The position numbers and the translations under genes are program-made. Of a stretch of 64,000 bases of DNA, positions 55,639-64,000 are shown in pieces; position 1 is the stretch's first letter; each line of letters begins with the position of its first letter. This DNA comes from Gammaproteobacteria bacterium (GTDB taxonomy: Bacteria; Pseudomonadota; Gammaproteobacteria; Eutrophobiales; Eutrophobiaceae), in NCBI GenBank assembly GCA_965215365.1, contig CBDCDS010000003.1, forward strand, positions 992,001 to 1,056,000. The letters are read 5' to 3'. The notes below the pieces were generated by a model, which did no database searches, was not told the origin of the DNA, and worked only from the letters and a program-made list of their open reading frames with translations.

Positions 55639-55825
55639 ACTGGTACCCCTGATTATTATTGCATATCGTTTGACATTAGCTGTAGTGTTTTCTTCCGTAA
55701 GCGTTCCTGATACGTAACTATACACGTTTGCAGCGGGAATGAAAATACTTACTCGCTTGCTGTGGATGGTATTTTCACAGGTTCCCTGTATAATACCCAT
55801 CACCCGTTACCTGTTTGCTGCCGGC

Positions 55826-56251
55826 ATGGAAAAATTACCCGAATTCATTGCCAATCACCTGTGGCTGGTGTGCCTGTTTGTGGCGCTACTGGCCTTGTTA
55901 TTGTGGAACATCTTCGGAGCCTCCATGTCCGGTCTGACCCAGGTCGGGCCGGTGGAAGTCACGCGCCTGCTCAACCATGACAAGGCGCTGTTGCTGGACT
56001 TGCGCACGAGCACCGACTTTGCCGCCGGCCACATCATCAGCGCACGTAATATCCCGGCCGCGGAGTTGGCAGACAGGCAGGAGGAACTGCAAAAATTCAA
56101 GAGCAACCCGATCATCTTCTGTTGCAGTCGCAACTCGGATGGGGTCAAGGCGGGACGCATACTCAAACCGGCCGGGTTTGAAAAAATCTATTCATTAAAG
56201 GGTGGCTTGGAGGCGTGGCGTACTGCCAACCTGCCAATCACCCGCGAGTAA
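55826..56251 (+). CDS. Rhodanese-like membrane protein (YibN-like)
   Basis: EFIANH..L, LLDLR...F..GHI..A.NIP, LKGG..AW..NLP; upstream of secB. Confidence 0.9.
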   Translation: MEKLPEFIANHLWLVCLFVALLALLLWNIFGASMSGLTQVGPVEVTRLLNHDKALLLDLRTSTDFAAGHIISARNIPAAELADRQEELQKFKSNPIIFCCSRNSDGVKAGRILKPAGFEKIYSLKGGLEAWRTANLPITRE

Positions 56252-56332
56252 GGCGGCCTTCGTGGGTCCCCGGCTGACGACAGGCCGGGGCGGGTAAAAC
56301 TTAAACAGCAAACTACAACTAGGTAAAAGATA

Positions 56333-56821
56333 ATGACAGAGGAACAGGAAAACCAACCCGTAGCGACCGAGGAAACCGGCGCCCGCGGGCAGTTTGAAAT
56401 ACAGAAAATCTACGTCAAGAACGTGTCGCTGGAAACCCCCAGCTCGCCGCAGATATTCCGTGAGCAATGGAAGCCGGCCGTACATATGGACATTGCCAAC
56501 TCTACAGACAATCTTGGCGATAATCTGTACGAGGTCACCTTATCGGTCACTGCGACGGTGAAGCACGAGGAAAAAACGGTCTATCTGGCCGAGGTGCAAC
56601 AGGCCGGTATCTTTCGCATGGTTGATTTTCCCAAAGAGATAACCGGGCGGCTGCTGGCGACCATGTGTCCCAACATCCTGTTTCCGTTTGTGCGGGAAAT
56701 GATATCCGACCTGGTGACCCGCGCCGGTTTCCCGCAACTGCTGCTGGCGCCGATCAATTTTGACGCCGTGTACCAACAGCACCTGCAGCAGCGCGCGGCG
56801 GCAAGCGAAACACAGCATTGA
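56333..56821 (+). CDS. secB: Protein-export chaperone
   Basis: IQKIYVKNVSLE.P, EVQQAGIF, CPNILFP, GFPQLLLAPINFD. Confidence 0.97.
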   Translation: MTEEQENQPVATEETGARGQFEIQKIYVKNVSLETPSSPQIFREQWKPAVHMDIANSTDNLGDNLYEVTLSVTATVKHEEKTVYLAEVQQAGIFRMVDFPKEITGRLLATMCPNILFPFVREMISDLVTRAGFPQLLLAPINFDAVYQQHLQQRAAASETQH

Positions 56822-57828
56822 CGCAACATCCTCGGCGCCGGGTAATGGTTGTCGGCGCGGGGTCCTGGGGCACCGCACTGGCTTTGGTGCTGGCGCGCAA
56901 CGGGCACAGGACTTTTCTCTGGGACTGCCTTGACGCGCATCTGCAGCGGCTGCTTGCGGAAGGCTGTAACAACCGCCATCTGCCCGGCCATGAGTTTCCG
57001 CAGACGTTGACCGTTGTGCGCCGGTTTACGCCCCTGCCGGCGGGCGTGCGCCAGGTCCTGCTGGTGACTCCCTGTGCCGGACTCACAGACGCGCTGGCGC
57101 AGTTGCAGTCGCAACCGGCGCGGGATTTCAGCATCTGTCTGGCCTGCAAGGGCATCGAACCGACTACCCTGGAGCTGAATCACCTGCTGGTGGAAAAATA
57201 CCTGCCCGAAGTACCGCTGGCGGTGTTATCCGGCCCCTCGTTTGCGCGGGAAGTGGCGGCGGGTTTGCCCACCGCAGTGACCATTGCCGCACGGGAGGCG
57301 GCCGTTGCCACGGATTTTGCCGCATTATTCCACAGCGAGAGGTTCAGGACCTATACCCACGACGATATCGTCGGCGTGCAGGTTGGCGGCGCGGTCAAGA
57401 ACGTCATGGCCATTGCCGCTGGCATTGCCGATGGGTTGCGCTTCGGTGCCAACGCGCGCGCCGCGCTGATCGCCCGGGGGTTGGCTGAGATCATGCGCTT
57501 AGGTCAGGTGCTGGGCGGCAGGAGTGACACCTTTATGGGACTGGCCGGCCTGGGTGATCTGGTGCTCACCTGCACCGACGACCAATCCCGCAACCGCCGC
57601 TTCGGTCTGGCACTGGCCCGGGGCAGCAGTCCGACACAGGCCTTAGCTGAGATCGGTCAGGCCGTCGAAGGGCTGCACACTACCCGCGTAGTCTGCGCCC
57701 TGGCAGACAAGCACGGCGTTGACATGCCCATCAGCGCCCAGGTCTTGCAGGTCATCGACGGCAAGGCCAGCCCGCAACAGGCGGTGCATGAACTGCTGAC
57801 GCGAGAACCGAAGGCGGAAACAGGTTAA
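56818..57828 (+). CDS. gpsA: NAD(P)H-dependent glycerol-3-phosphate dehydrogenase
   Basis: GAGSWGTALA, SGPSFA.EV, GGAVKNV, GLGDLVLTC..QSRNRR.G. Confidence 0.97.
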   Translation: MTQHPRRRVMVVGAGSWGTALALVLARNGHRTFLWDCLDAHLQRLLAEGCNNRHLPGHEFPQTLTVVRRFTPLPAGVRQVLLVTPCAGLTDALAQLQSQPARDFSICLACKGIEPTTLELNHLLVEKYLPEVPLAVLSGPSFAREVAAGLPTAVTIAAREAAVATDFAALFHSERFRTYTHDDIVGVQVGGAVKNVMAIAAGIADGLRFGANARAALIARGLAEIMRLGQVLGGRSDTFMGLAGLGDLVLTCTDDQSRNRRFGLALARGSSPTQALAEIGQAVEGLHTTRVVCALADKHGVDMPISAQVLQVIDGKASPQQAVHELLTREPKAETG

Positions 57829-57908
57829 GGCCACCTCTTGTTCCTGGCTCAGGCTGATTTTTTCTATCATCCGGAAATTTTGCGCATAAGCATCAAACTT
57901 GTGCTACA

Positions 57909-58148
57909 GTGTCTGGCGTGTCGAAGCTTGATGAATTAAAGGAGAGAATCTCACTCTTGAGCAAATTATTTTTCGTGATCGTTGGCTTGATTGTGCTCAT
58001 TGTGGGTGGATTAGTGACTGTATTCACATCCGGGGACGTGAATGCGGTATTTTGGCTGGGTATGGCTCTTGTGGTAGTATTAAGCTGCGCGAACGTAGTG
58101 ATTTTTAAGCGTATTCAGGATCACATTGAAGAGATAGGAAAAATATGA
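57909..58148 (+). CDS. Small two-TM hypothetical protein
   Basis: 79-aa ORF with two hydrophobic helices in AT-richer DNA. Confidence 0.65.
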   Translation: MSGVSKLDELKERISLLSKLFFVIVGLIVLIVGGLVTVFTSGDVNAVFWLGMALVVVLSCANVVIFKRIQDHIEEIGKI

Positions 58149-58225
58149 TCGAGTTCCTTGCACTAGCTGCTGTCGTCTGTTTTTTTGTGGGCACGCTGAT
58201 CTATGGCATCCTGAAGATAGGATGA
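58145..58225 (+). CDS. 26-aa single-TM peptide
   Basis: MIEFLALAAVVCFFVGTLIYGILKIG*; ATGA overlap with the upstream stop and AGGA RBS. Confidence 0.55.
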   Translation: MIEFLALAAVVCFFVGTLIYGILKIG

Positions 58226-58268
58226 GCCTCGCAGGACAGAGTAAAGATCTTCCGGCAAAGCCGGCGGA

Positions 58269-59087
58269 TTACTTATCCGATTTTCTCGCAGGGCGTTGTA
58301 GCCACTCCACGGCTATCAGCAGCAGCAGCGCAATCAGTATCAGAAACGTCGCCGCGGCCAGGATGGCCGGGCTGATTTCTTCGCGGATGCCGGACCACAT
58401 CTCCCTGGGGATGGTGCGTTGCTCGATGCCGCCCATGAACAGCACCACCACCACTTCGTCCAGCGACGCCGCGAACGCGAACAGGGCGCCGGCAATGACG
58501 CCCGGACTGATAATGGGCAGCTGTACCTTGAAGAAGCTGCGCACCGGCCCGGCGCCGAGACTGGCAGCCGCCAGCAGCAGTTCACGATTGAAGCCGGCCA
58601 TGGACGCGGTGACCGTGATCACCACGAACGGCGCGCCCAAGGCTGCATGGGACAGGATCAACGCGGTGTAGGTATGGGTCAGGTTCAGGCCGGAGTAGAA
58701 GAAGAACATGCCGGTAGCGCTGATGACGATGGGCACGATGAGAGGGGAAATCAGCAATGCAGTCAGCGGGCGCCGCCAGGGTAGGGCCGGACTGCACAGA
58801 CCCAGGGCCGCCAGAGTGCCCAGCACGGTGGCCAGAACCGTGGCCGCCACGCCGATGATGAGCGAGTTCAGTGCCGCCCGTTGCCATTGTTCACCGAAGA
58901 TGACCTGCTCGTACCAGCGCAGGGAGTAGGCGTCCGGGTCCAGCTCCAGCATCCCCCTGGTAAAGGTGAAATAAGGCTCGGCGTTGAAGGACAGCGGGAT
59001 AATCACCAGAATCGGCGCCACCAGAAACAGGAACACCAGGCCACAGAACAGCCGTAGCGTCAGTTTCCCGGGTTCCTTTATCATCAT
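58269..59087 (-). CDS. Polyamine-type ABC permease (PotC-like)
   Basis: LIISP.IVP, AAASLGA, SLDEVVV. Confidence 0.9.
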   Translation of the reverse strand: MMIKEPGKLTLRLFCGLVFLFLVAPILVIIPLSFNAEPYFTFTRGMLELDPDAYSLRWYEQVIFGEQWQRAALNSLIIGVAATVLATVLGTLAALGLCSPALPWRRPLTALLISPLIVPIVISATGMFFFYSGLNLTHTYTALILSHAALGAPFVVITVTASMAGFNRELLLAAASLGAGPVRSFFKVQLPIISPGVIAGALFAFAASLDEVVVVLFMGGIEQRTIPREMWSGIREEISPAILAAATFLILIALLLLIAVEWLQRPARKSDK

Positions 59088-60271
59088 CCCAGCCTCATTT
59101 TATCCAGGCCCAGCACCCGGTCGTAGAGCAGGAATAACAGCAGCACCGCTACGAACAGCACACAACCCAGGGCTGCGGCCAGGCCCCAATTCAGCGAGGT
59201 CTGGATATGATAGGCGATGAAATTGGAAATCAACTGGCCGCTCTGCCCGCCCACCAGCGCCGGCGTGATGTAATAGCCGATGGCGAGGATGAACACCAGC
59301 AGGCAGCCGGCGCCCACCCCCGGCAGGGACTGCGGCAGATATACCCGGTAAAACGCTCTGAGCCAGGACGCGCCCAGCGAGGTGGCCGCCTGCATCTGCA
59401 CCGCCGGGATACCGCGCATCACGGAATAAATCGGCAGGATCATGAACGGCAGCAGCACGTGCGTCATTGCCACCAGGGTGCCGGTCATGTTGTGGATCAT
59501 CGTCAGCCGTTGTGCATCGGCGACCAGGCCCAGCCACACCAGCAGCTCGTTGAGCACGCCCTGTTGCTGTAGCAGCACGATCCAGGAGGTGGTGCGCACC
59601 AGCAGTGAGGTCCAGAACGGCACCAGCACCAATACCAGCAGCAGGCGGGCGCGGCGCGGAGACGCCTGAGCGATCAGGTACGCCACCGGGTAGCCCAGTG
59701 CCAGACACAGCAGGGTGATGGTCAGGCTGACCCGGATGGTCTTGATGAACAAGGTGGTATAGATACGGCGCTCCTCGGGTTGGCGCACGATGTTGCCGTC
59801 GCTGCCAACGGTCAGGTCCAGAGCGTTCAGGTAATACACGGGCGTCAACCGGGCGCCGGTGCGCGCCAACGCCTGCCAGATTGCCGCTTCCCCCCAGGCC
59901 GCATGTATGGCCGGCAGGGACTCAGACCAAGGCGCGCCGCCCTTGCGTTGCAGTCCTCTGGCGGTGCGCATGACCGCACTGCGCAGACCTGAGGTATCCC
60001 GGTTCAGCCGCGTGGCCAGCTTGCCGATAGTCTTCTGTTCGCGCGCCTTGCCAAGCTCCTGCGCCGCCAGCGCGTAAACCTGTTCCGGCGGCAAGCCGCC
60101 ACCGTCCCATTGGGCCAGTGCAGCAACGGTCTCGGGCATGATGTCCGCGACCAGCGGGTCGTACAGGCTGCGCATGAACATACTGCCCAGGGGCGCAACA
60201 AATGTTACCAGGATAAACGCCGTCAACGGCAACGCCAGTAATATTGCGGTGGTGCGGGGTTTGTTCACCAT
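59084..60271 (-). CDS. Polyamine-type ABC permease (PotB-like)
   Basis: LGYPVAY, PFWTSLLVR, HVLLPFMILP, GYYITPALVGG. Confidence 0.9.
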   Translation of the reverse strand: MVNKPRTTAILLALPLTAFILVTFVAPLGSMFMRSLYDPLVADIMPETVAALAQWDGGGLPPEQVYALAAQELGKAREQKTIGKLATRLNRDTSGLRSAVMRTARGLQRKGGAPWSESLPAIHAAWGEAAIWQALARTGARLTPVYYLNALDLTVGSDGNIVRQPEERRIYTTLFIKTIRVSLTITLLCLALGYPVAYLIAQASPRRARLLLVLVLVPFWTSLLVRTTSWIVLLQQQGVLNELLVWLGLVADAQRLTMIHNMTGTLVAMTHVLLPFMILPIYSVMRGIPAVQMQAATSLGASWLRAFYRVYLPQSLPGVGAGCLLVFILAIGYYITPALVGGQSGQLISNFIAYHIQTSLNWGLAAALGCVLFVAVLLLFLLYDRVLGLDKMRLG

Positions 60272-60290
60272 ATCCTGGTCGGGGCTGTAT

Positions 60291-60357
60291 GGGGTCAGAG
60301 TAGTGTTGCTGCCACCAGAGGCGCTGGCAGTGCCGGGGATAATTTTACTCTGACCCC
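60291..60357. repeat. Inverted pair GGGGTCAGAGTA / TACTCTGACCCC (REP-like)
   Basis: 12-bp inverted repeat; the same motif occurs at 42694 and 47607. Confidence 0.6.
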
Positions 60358-60380
60358 TTAATCTGTTGAATCATCCGGGT

Positions 60381-61478
60381 TTATTTAATCAGCCAGGCCG
60401 CGAAGCGTTCATTCATCTCATCCTGGTTGTCGGCCCACCATACCGGGTCTTCGTGCACGGCGTTGAGCATGTTCTGCGGCGCGTTGGGCAGGTGCGGCTG
60501 CATGGCCATGCCGGTTACCTCATGCGTATCCACCAGCGCCAGAGATGAGTGGCGCAAGGGGCCGTAGGAGATGTATCGGGTTACGTTAGCCAGCGACTGA
60601 GTACTGGTTGCAAACGCAACAAATTGTCGGGCCAGTTCCAGTTTGGGGGTGCCGGCCACAACCACCTGGTAAGTGGTAGCCAGTACCTGCCCGTCCCAGA
60701 CGATGGTCAACGGCTGGTTTTCCAGCGCCCAGGCATTGAAGATACGGCCGTTATAAGCCGTACTCATGACCACTTCGCCATCAGCCAGCATCTGCGGTGG
60801 CTGCGCGCCGGCTTCCCACCAGATGACCTGATTCCTGATGGTATCCAGTTTGCGGAATGCGCGCGCAACACCCTCCTCGTCGGACAGGACTTCATACACC
60901 TGGTGTGCCGGCACGCCGTCCGCTACCAGGGCAAATTCCAGATTGGCATTGGGTACTCGCCGCATCCCACGCCGCCCCGGAAATTTATCCAGATCAAAGA
61001 AGTCTGCCATGGTCGTCGGTTTCTGTTCCGGGAATCGGGTGTCGTTGTAAGCATACACCGTGCTGTAAACAATGCTTTTAGCGCCACACCCGACGTCATA
61101 AACGTCCAGGAAATCCGCCGCCGCCGCCGTACCGTCCGGGGCTGCCGGCAGCGTGTCCTCGTCCACCGTTTCCAGCAGCCCTTCGTCGCAGCCCAGCAGC
61201 GCATCGCCGGCCTCCATGTCCACTACGTCCCAGGAGACATTGCCGGTCTCCGCCTGCGCCCGTACCTGCGCCAGACCGCCGTTATACTCATCCAGCTTGA
61301 TTTGAATGCCGGTTTCCTGCTCAAAGCGTTCATGGTAGGCCTTTACCGAGGCGCGGGCATAAGAGCCGCCCCAGGATACGACGGTGATGAAGTCGTGGTC
61401 CTGGGCGCCGGCCGGAATGGTTGCGCCGACCACGGCCAGCGTTGCAATGAGACGGATTGATGTGTTGATGATATTCAC
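60381..61478 (-). CDS. Polyamine-type ABC substrate-binding protein
   Basis: VVSWGGSY, WDVVD, FFD..KFPGRR, E.AL.ADGV, AYNGR. Confidence 0.9.
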   Translation of the reverse strand: MNIINTSIRLIATLAVVGATIPAGAQDHDFITVVSWGGSYARASVKAYHERFEQETGIQIKLDEYNGGLAQVRAQAETGNVSWDVVDMEAGDALLGCDEGLLETVDEDTLPAAPDGTAAAADFLDVYDVGCGAKSIVYSTVYAYNDTRFPEQKPTTMADFFDLDKFPGRRGMRRVPNANLEFALVADGVPAHQVYEVLSDEEGVARAFRKLDTIRNQVIWWEAGAQPPQMLADGEVVMSTAYNGRIFNAWALENQPLTIVWDGQVLATTYQVVVAGTPKLELARQFVAFATSTQSLANVTRYISYGPLRHSSLALVDTHEVTGMAMQPHLPNAPQNMLNAVHEDPVWWADNQDEMNERFAAWLIK

Positions 61479-62578
61479 TTGGTTTGCTCCTCAACCCTCA
61501 CATCCAGCGCCCGGCAATCGGTGACCAGCCAGCCCAGGGTCACGGTGTCCCCCGGCAGGATACCGCCGTGGCCGATGGTATTGGGTATTTTAACGATAAA
61601 CTGAGTCTGTCCCAGCAGCGTGGCATGGATGCGCAGGTAGTCACCCATGAAAATAATATCTTCCACTTTGGCCTTAAAGCAGTTCGGATACCGGTCGGGC
61701 GCGGGATTCAACGCCACTCGCTCGGGGCGGATGGTCACACTGGTTTGCACGTCGTTTTCAGTGATGGCCACGGGAAACGCCCGCACAATCTCTCCGGCCA
61801 CTTCAACCTGACACTCAGCGGGTCTGTAAGCGACCACCCGGCCCTCAAGCCGGTTATTCTCGCCGATGAAACTGGCCACGAACAGGCGCTGCGGTTCCTC
61901 ATACAAGGCTTCCGGCGAGGCAACCTGGGAGATCCGGCCCTGTTCCATCACTGCTACCCGGTCCGACAAGACCATGGCTTCATTTTGGTCGTGGGTGACG
62001 TAGATCATAGTCACCCCCAGCCGTTGTTGCAAGGCGCGGATTTCGTACTGCATTTCTTCGCGCAAACGCCGGTCCAGCGCGCCTAGGGGCTCGTCCATCA
62101 GTACCAGGTCAGGTTCAAACACCAGCGCCCGGGCGATAGCAACGCGTTGCTGTTGACCACCGGACAGCTGTGCCGGCCGCCGTCTGGCAAAATCCCGCAA
62201 CTGCACCATATCCAGCGCGCGCATGACGCTCTGCGCTACCTTTTCCCTGGCGATACGCCGCGCCCTTAAGGGAAATGCAAGGTTTTCGGCAATCGTCATG
62301 TGCGGGAACAGGGCATAGTGCTGGAACACGACCCCGATATTCCGTTTCCAGGGCTTTAACTGGTTCACAGGCCGGCCATTGAGCCAGATTTCGCCGCTGT
62401 TGGGCTGCTCAAATCCGGCCAGCATCTTCAGGCAGGTAGTCTTGCCCGAACCGGAGGGGCCAAGCAGAGTAACAAATTCCCCGCGGGCGACGCTCAGGCT
62501 GAAGTCCTGCACGGAAAACGTGTGCCCGTCGTAGCTCTTGCTGACTTCCGAGAATTTTACAAAGGCATCATCATTCAT
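61475..62578 (-). CDS. Polyamine-type ABC ATP-binding protein (PotA-like)
   Basis: GPSGSGKT, VFQHYALFPH, LSGGQQQR, MDEP, TOBE tail. Confidence 0.93.
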   Translation of the reverse strand: MNDDAFVKFSEVSKSYDGHTFSVQDFSLSVARGEFVTLLGPSGSGKTTCLKMLAGFEQPNSGEIWLNGRPVNQLKPWKRNIGVVFQHYALFPHMTIAENLAFPLRARRIAREKVAQSVMRALDMVQLRDFARRRPAQLSGGQQQRVAIARALVFEPDLVLMDEPLGALDRRLREEMQYEIRALQQRLGVTMIYVTHDQNEAMVLSDRVAVMEQGRISQVASPEALYEEPQRLFVASFIGENNRLEGRVVAYRPAECQVEVAGEIVRAFPVAITENDVQTSVTIRPERVALNPAPDRYPNCFKAKVEDIIFMGDYLRIHATLLGQTQFIVKIPNTIGHGGILPGDTVTLGWLVTDCRALDVRVEEQTK

Positions 62579-62654
62579 GGACGCGCGGATTATTGCCTGC
62601 ATTATCAAACTTTTTACTGTTTTATCTGGTATATCCTGTATATCCTGTACATCC

Positions 62655-63638
62655 ATGTCAGCAACCCACAGCAAACTGGCTATCGACTTCTGCGGCCTGC
62701 GGTTCAATACACCGCTGGTGTTGCTCTCCGGCTGTGTCGGCTTCGGTGAAGAATACACCAGAGTTCAGGGTTTTTCCAATCGGGATACCGGCGCGGTGTG
62801 CCTGAAGGGCACCACACTGGCGCCGCGCCTCGGCAACCCGCCGCACCGTATTGCCGAGACCTGGACGGGTATGCTGAACTCGATCGGCTTGCAAAACCCC
62901 GGCGCCCGCGCAGTGGTGGCTGACTACTTGCCAAAGCTGGATTTTTCCGAGACCCGCTTCATCGCCAATGTGTGTGGCTCAACCATCGAGGAATATGCCG
63001 AAATCACCCGTATCTTCAATGATTCGGCTATTGACGCCATTGAGATCAATATCTCCTGTCCCAACATCAGGGAAGGCGGCGTCAGTTTCGGCAATTACCC
63101 GGAGATGTCGGCGCGGGTGGTGGCCGCCTGCCGGCGCGCAACCGACAAGCCACTCATCACCAAGCTGTCGCCGAACCAGACCGATATTGTGGAAAACGCG
63201 CGCCGGTGCATCGCCGCCGGCAGCGATGCGCTGGCCGTCATCAACACCGTTACCGGCATGGCCGTGGACCTGGACACGCGCACACCCGTCATCGCCACCG
63301 GCCAGGGCGGACTGTCGGGCCCGGCCATCAAGCCCATCGCCCTGCTCAAGACCTGGCAGGTGTATCAGGTGGGCAGGGAACAGAACATACCGATAATCGG
63401 TCAGGGCGGCATCACCACCGCCACCGACGCCCTGGAATTCCTCATCGCCGGCGCCAGCGCCGTCGGTATCGGCACCGCCCTGTTCTACGACCCCCTGGTA
63501 TGCCAAAAGATCAACACCGGCATCGTACAATACCTGGATAAGCACGGCCTAGACAATGTTACGGAACTGGTGGGGACGTTGCACACAACACAAATTTCAA
63601 GGAACTGCTGGCCAGAGCGGAGGTGCCGAGTTAAATGA
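62655..63638 (+). CDS. pyrD: Dihydroorotate dehydrogenase, class 1
   Basis: GMLNSIGLQNPG, EINISCPN, KLSPN, INT, GGLSGPAIKPIA. Confidence 0.93.
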   Translation: MSATHSKLAIDFCGLRFNTPLVLLSGCVGFGEEYTRVQGFSNRDTGAVCLKGTTLAPRLGNPPHRIAETWTGMLNSIGLQNPGARAVVADYLPKLDFSETRFIANVCGSTIEEYAEITRIFNDSAIDAIEINISCPNIREGGVSFGNYPEMSARVVAACRRATDKPLITKLSPNQTDIVENARRCIAAGSDALAVINTVTGMAVDLDTRTPVIATGQGGLSGPAIKPIALLKTWQVYQVGREQNIPIIGQGGITTATDALEFLIAGASAVGIGTALFYDPLVCQKINTGIVQYLDKHGLDNVTELVGTLHTTQISRNCWPERRCRVK

Positions 63639-63711
63639 GTGGAGAGCAAAAACCTGACAAGGAAATATGCTAAAATTGCAGGTCATTTCAACAGACACAC
63701 AGGAATTACAG

Positions 63712-63933
63712 ATGCAAGCCCAACTTGCAACACGCATCGAAGGCAAAATCAAGCGCGCGGTGAAGAGAGTATGTCAGTCGCAAGGTCTCAAGATGAACCA
63801 CTTCATCGAAGAGGCCCTTCTCGATAAGCTGGAAGAACTGGAAGATACCAAGGATCTGAAAAAAATCCAGAGTGAACCACGTAAACCATTGGAAGTAGTT
63901 TTAAGGGACTTGGAACTCAGTGGCAAACTATAA
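63712..63933 (+). CDS. RHH-type antitoxin
   Basis: QLATRI...K.....C...G.K...FIEEAL.DKLEELED; overlaps the toxin start. Confidence 0.75.
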   Translation: MQAQLATRIEGKIKRAVKRVCQSQGLKMNHFIEEALLDKLEELEDTKDLKKIQSEPRKPLEVVLRDLELSGKL

Positions 63934-64000
63934 TATTGAAATATCAGCGACCGCAGAGAGACAGCTTCGGAAGATTAACAAACAGGACCAAGTCCGCGTC
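63920..64000 (+). CDS. RelE/ParE-family toxin, 5' end (partial)
   Basis: GTG start, ANYNIEISATAERQLRKINKQDQVRV. Confidence 0.75.
   Translation, partial: MANYNIEISATAERQLRKINKQDQVRV

Overview
About 64 kb of a GC-rich gammaproteobacterial chromosome (inferred from gene order). The core is housekeeping: fur end, btuF/cobQ/B12 riboswitch-btuB-cobO, recN-nadK-hrcA-grpE-dnaK-dnaJ-dapB, tsaD/plsY/folB/folK/uppP, an RND pump, hslVU, ubiE/ubiJ/ubiB, ctpA-gpmI, rhodanese-secB-gpsA, a polyamine-type ABC transporter and pyrD. Accessory DNA is interspersed. The most notable item is a 2279-bp IS66-type element (16-bp TIRs, 8-bp target duplication) that carries a compact Dam-like methyltransferase apparently lacking a TRD and sits inside another DNA methyltransferase gene. 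Also present are three MITE families (two of which separately disrupt hicA and hicB), three paralogous secreted beta-helix proteins in the ubi operon with a fossil duplication eroded at microhomologies, a C-terminally short CcrM-like MTase, a ROK/TonB/GDPD/MFS island, a higBA relic and two pairs of small membrane proteins. I saw no rRNA, tRNA or CRISPR array. All calls are by-eye motif recognition; no searches were run.
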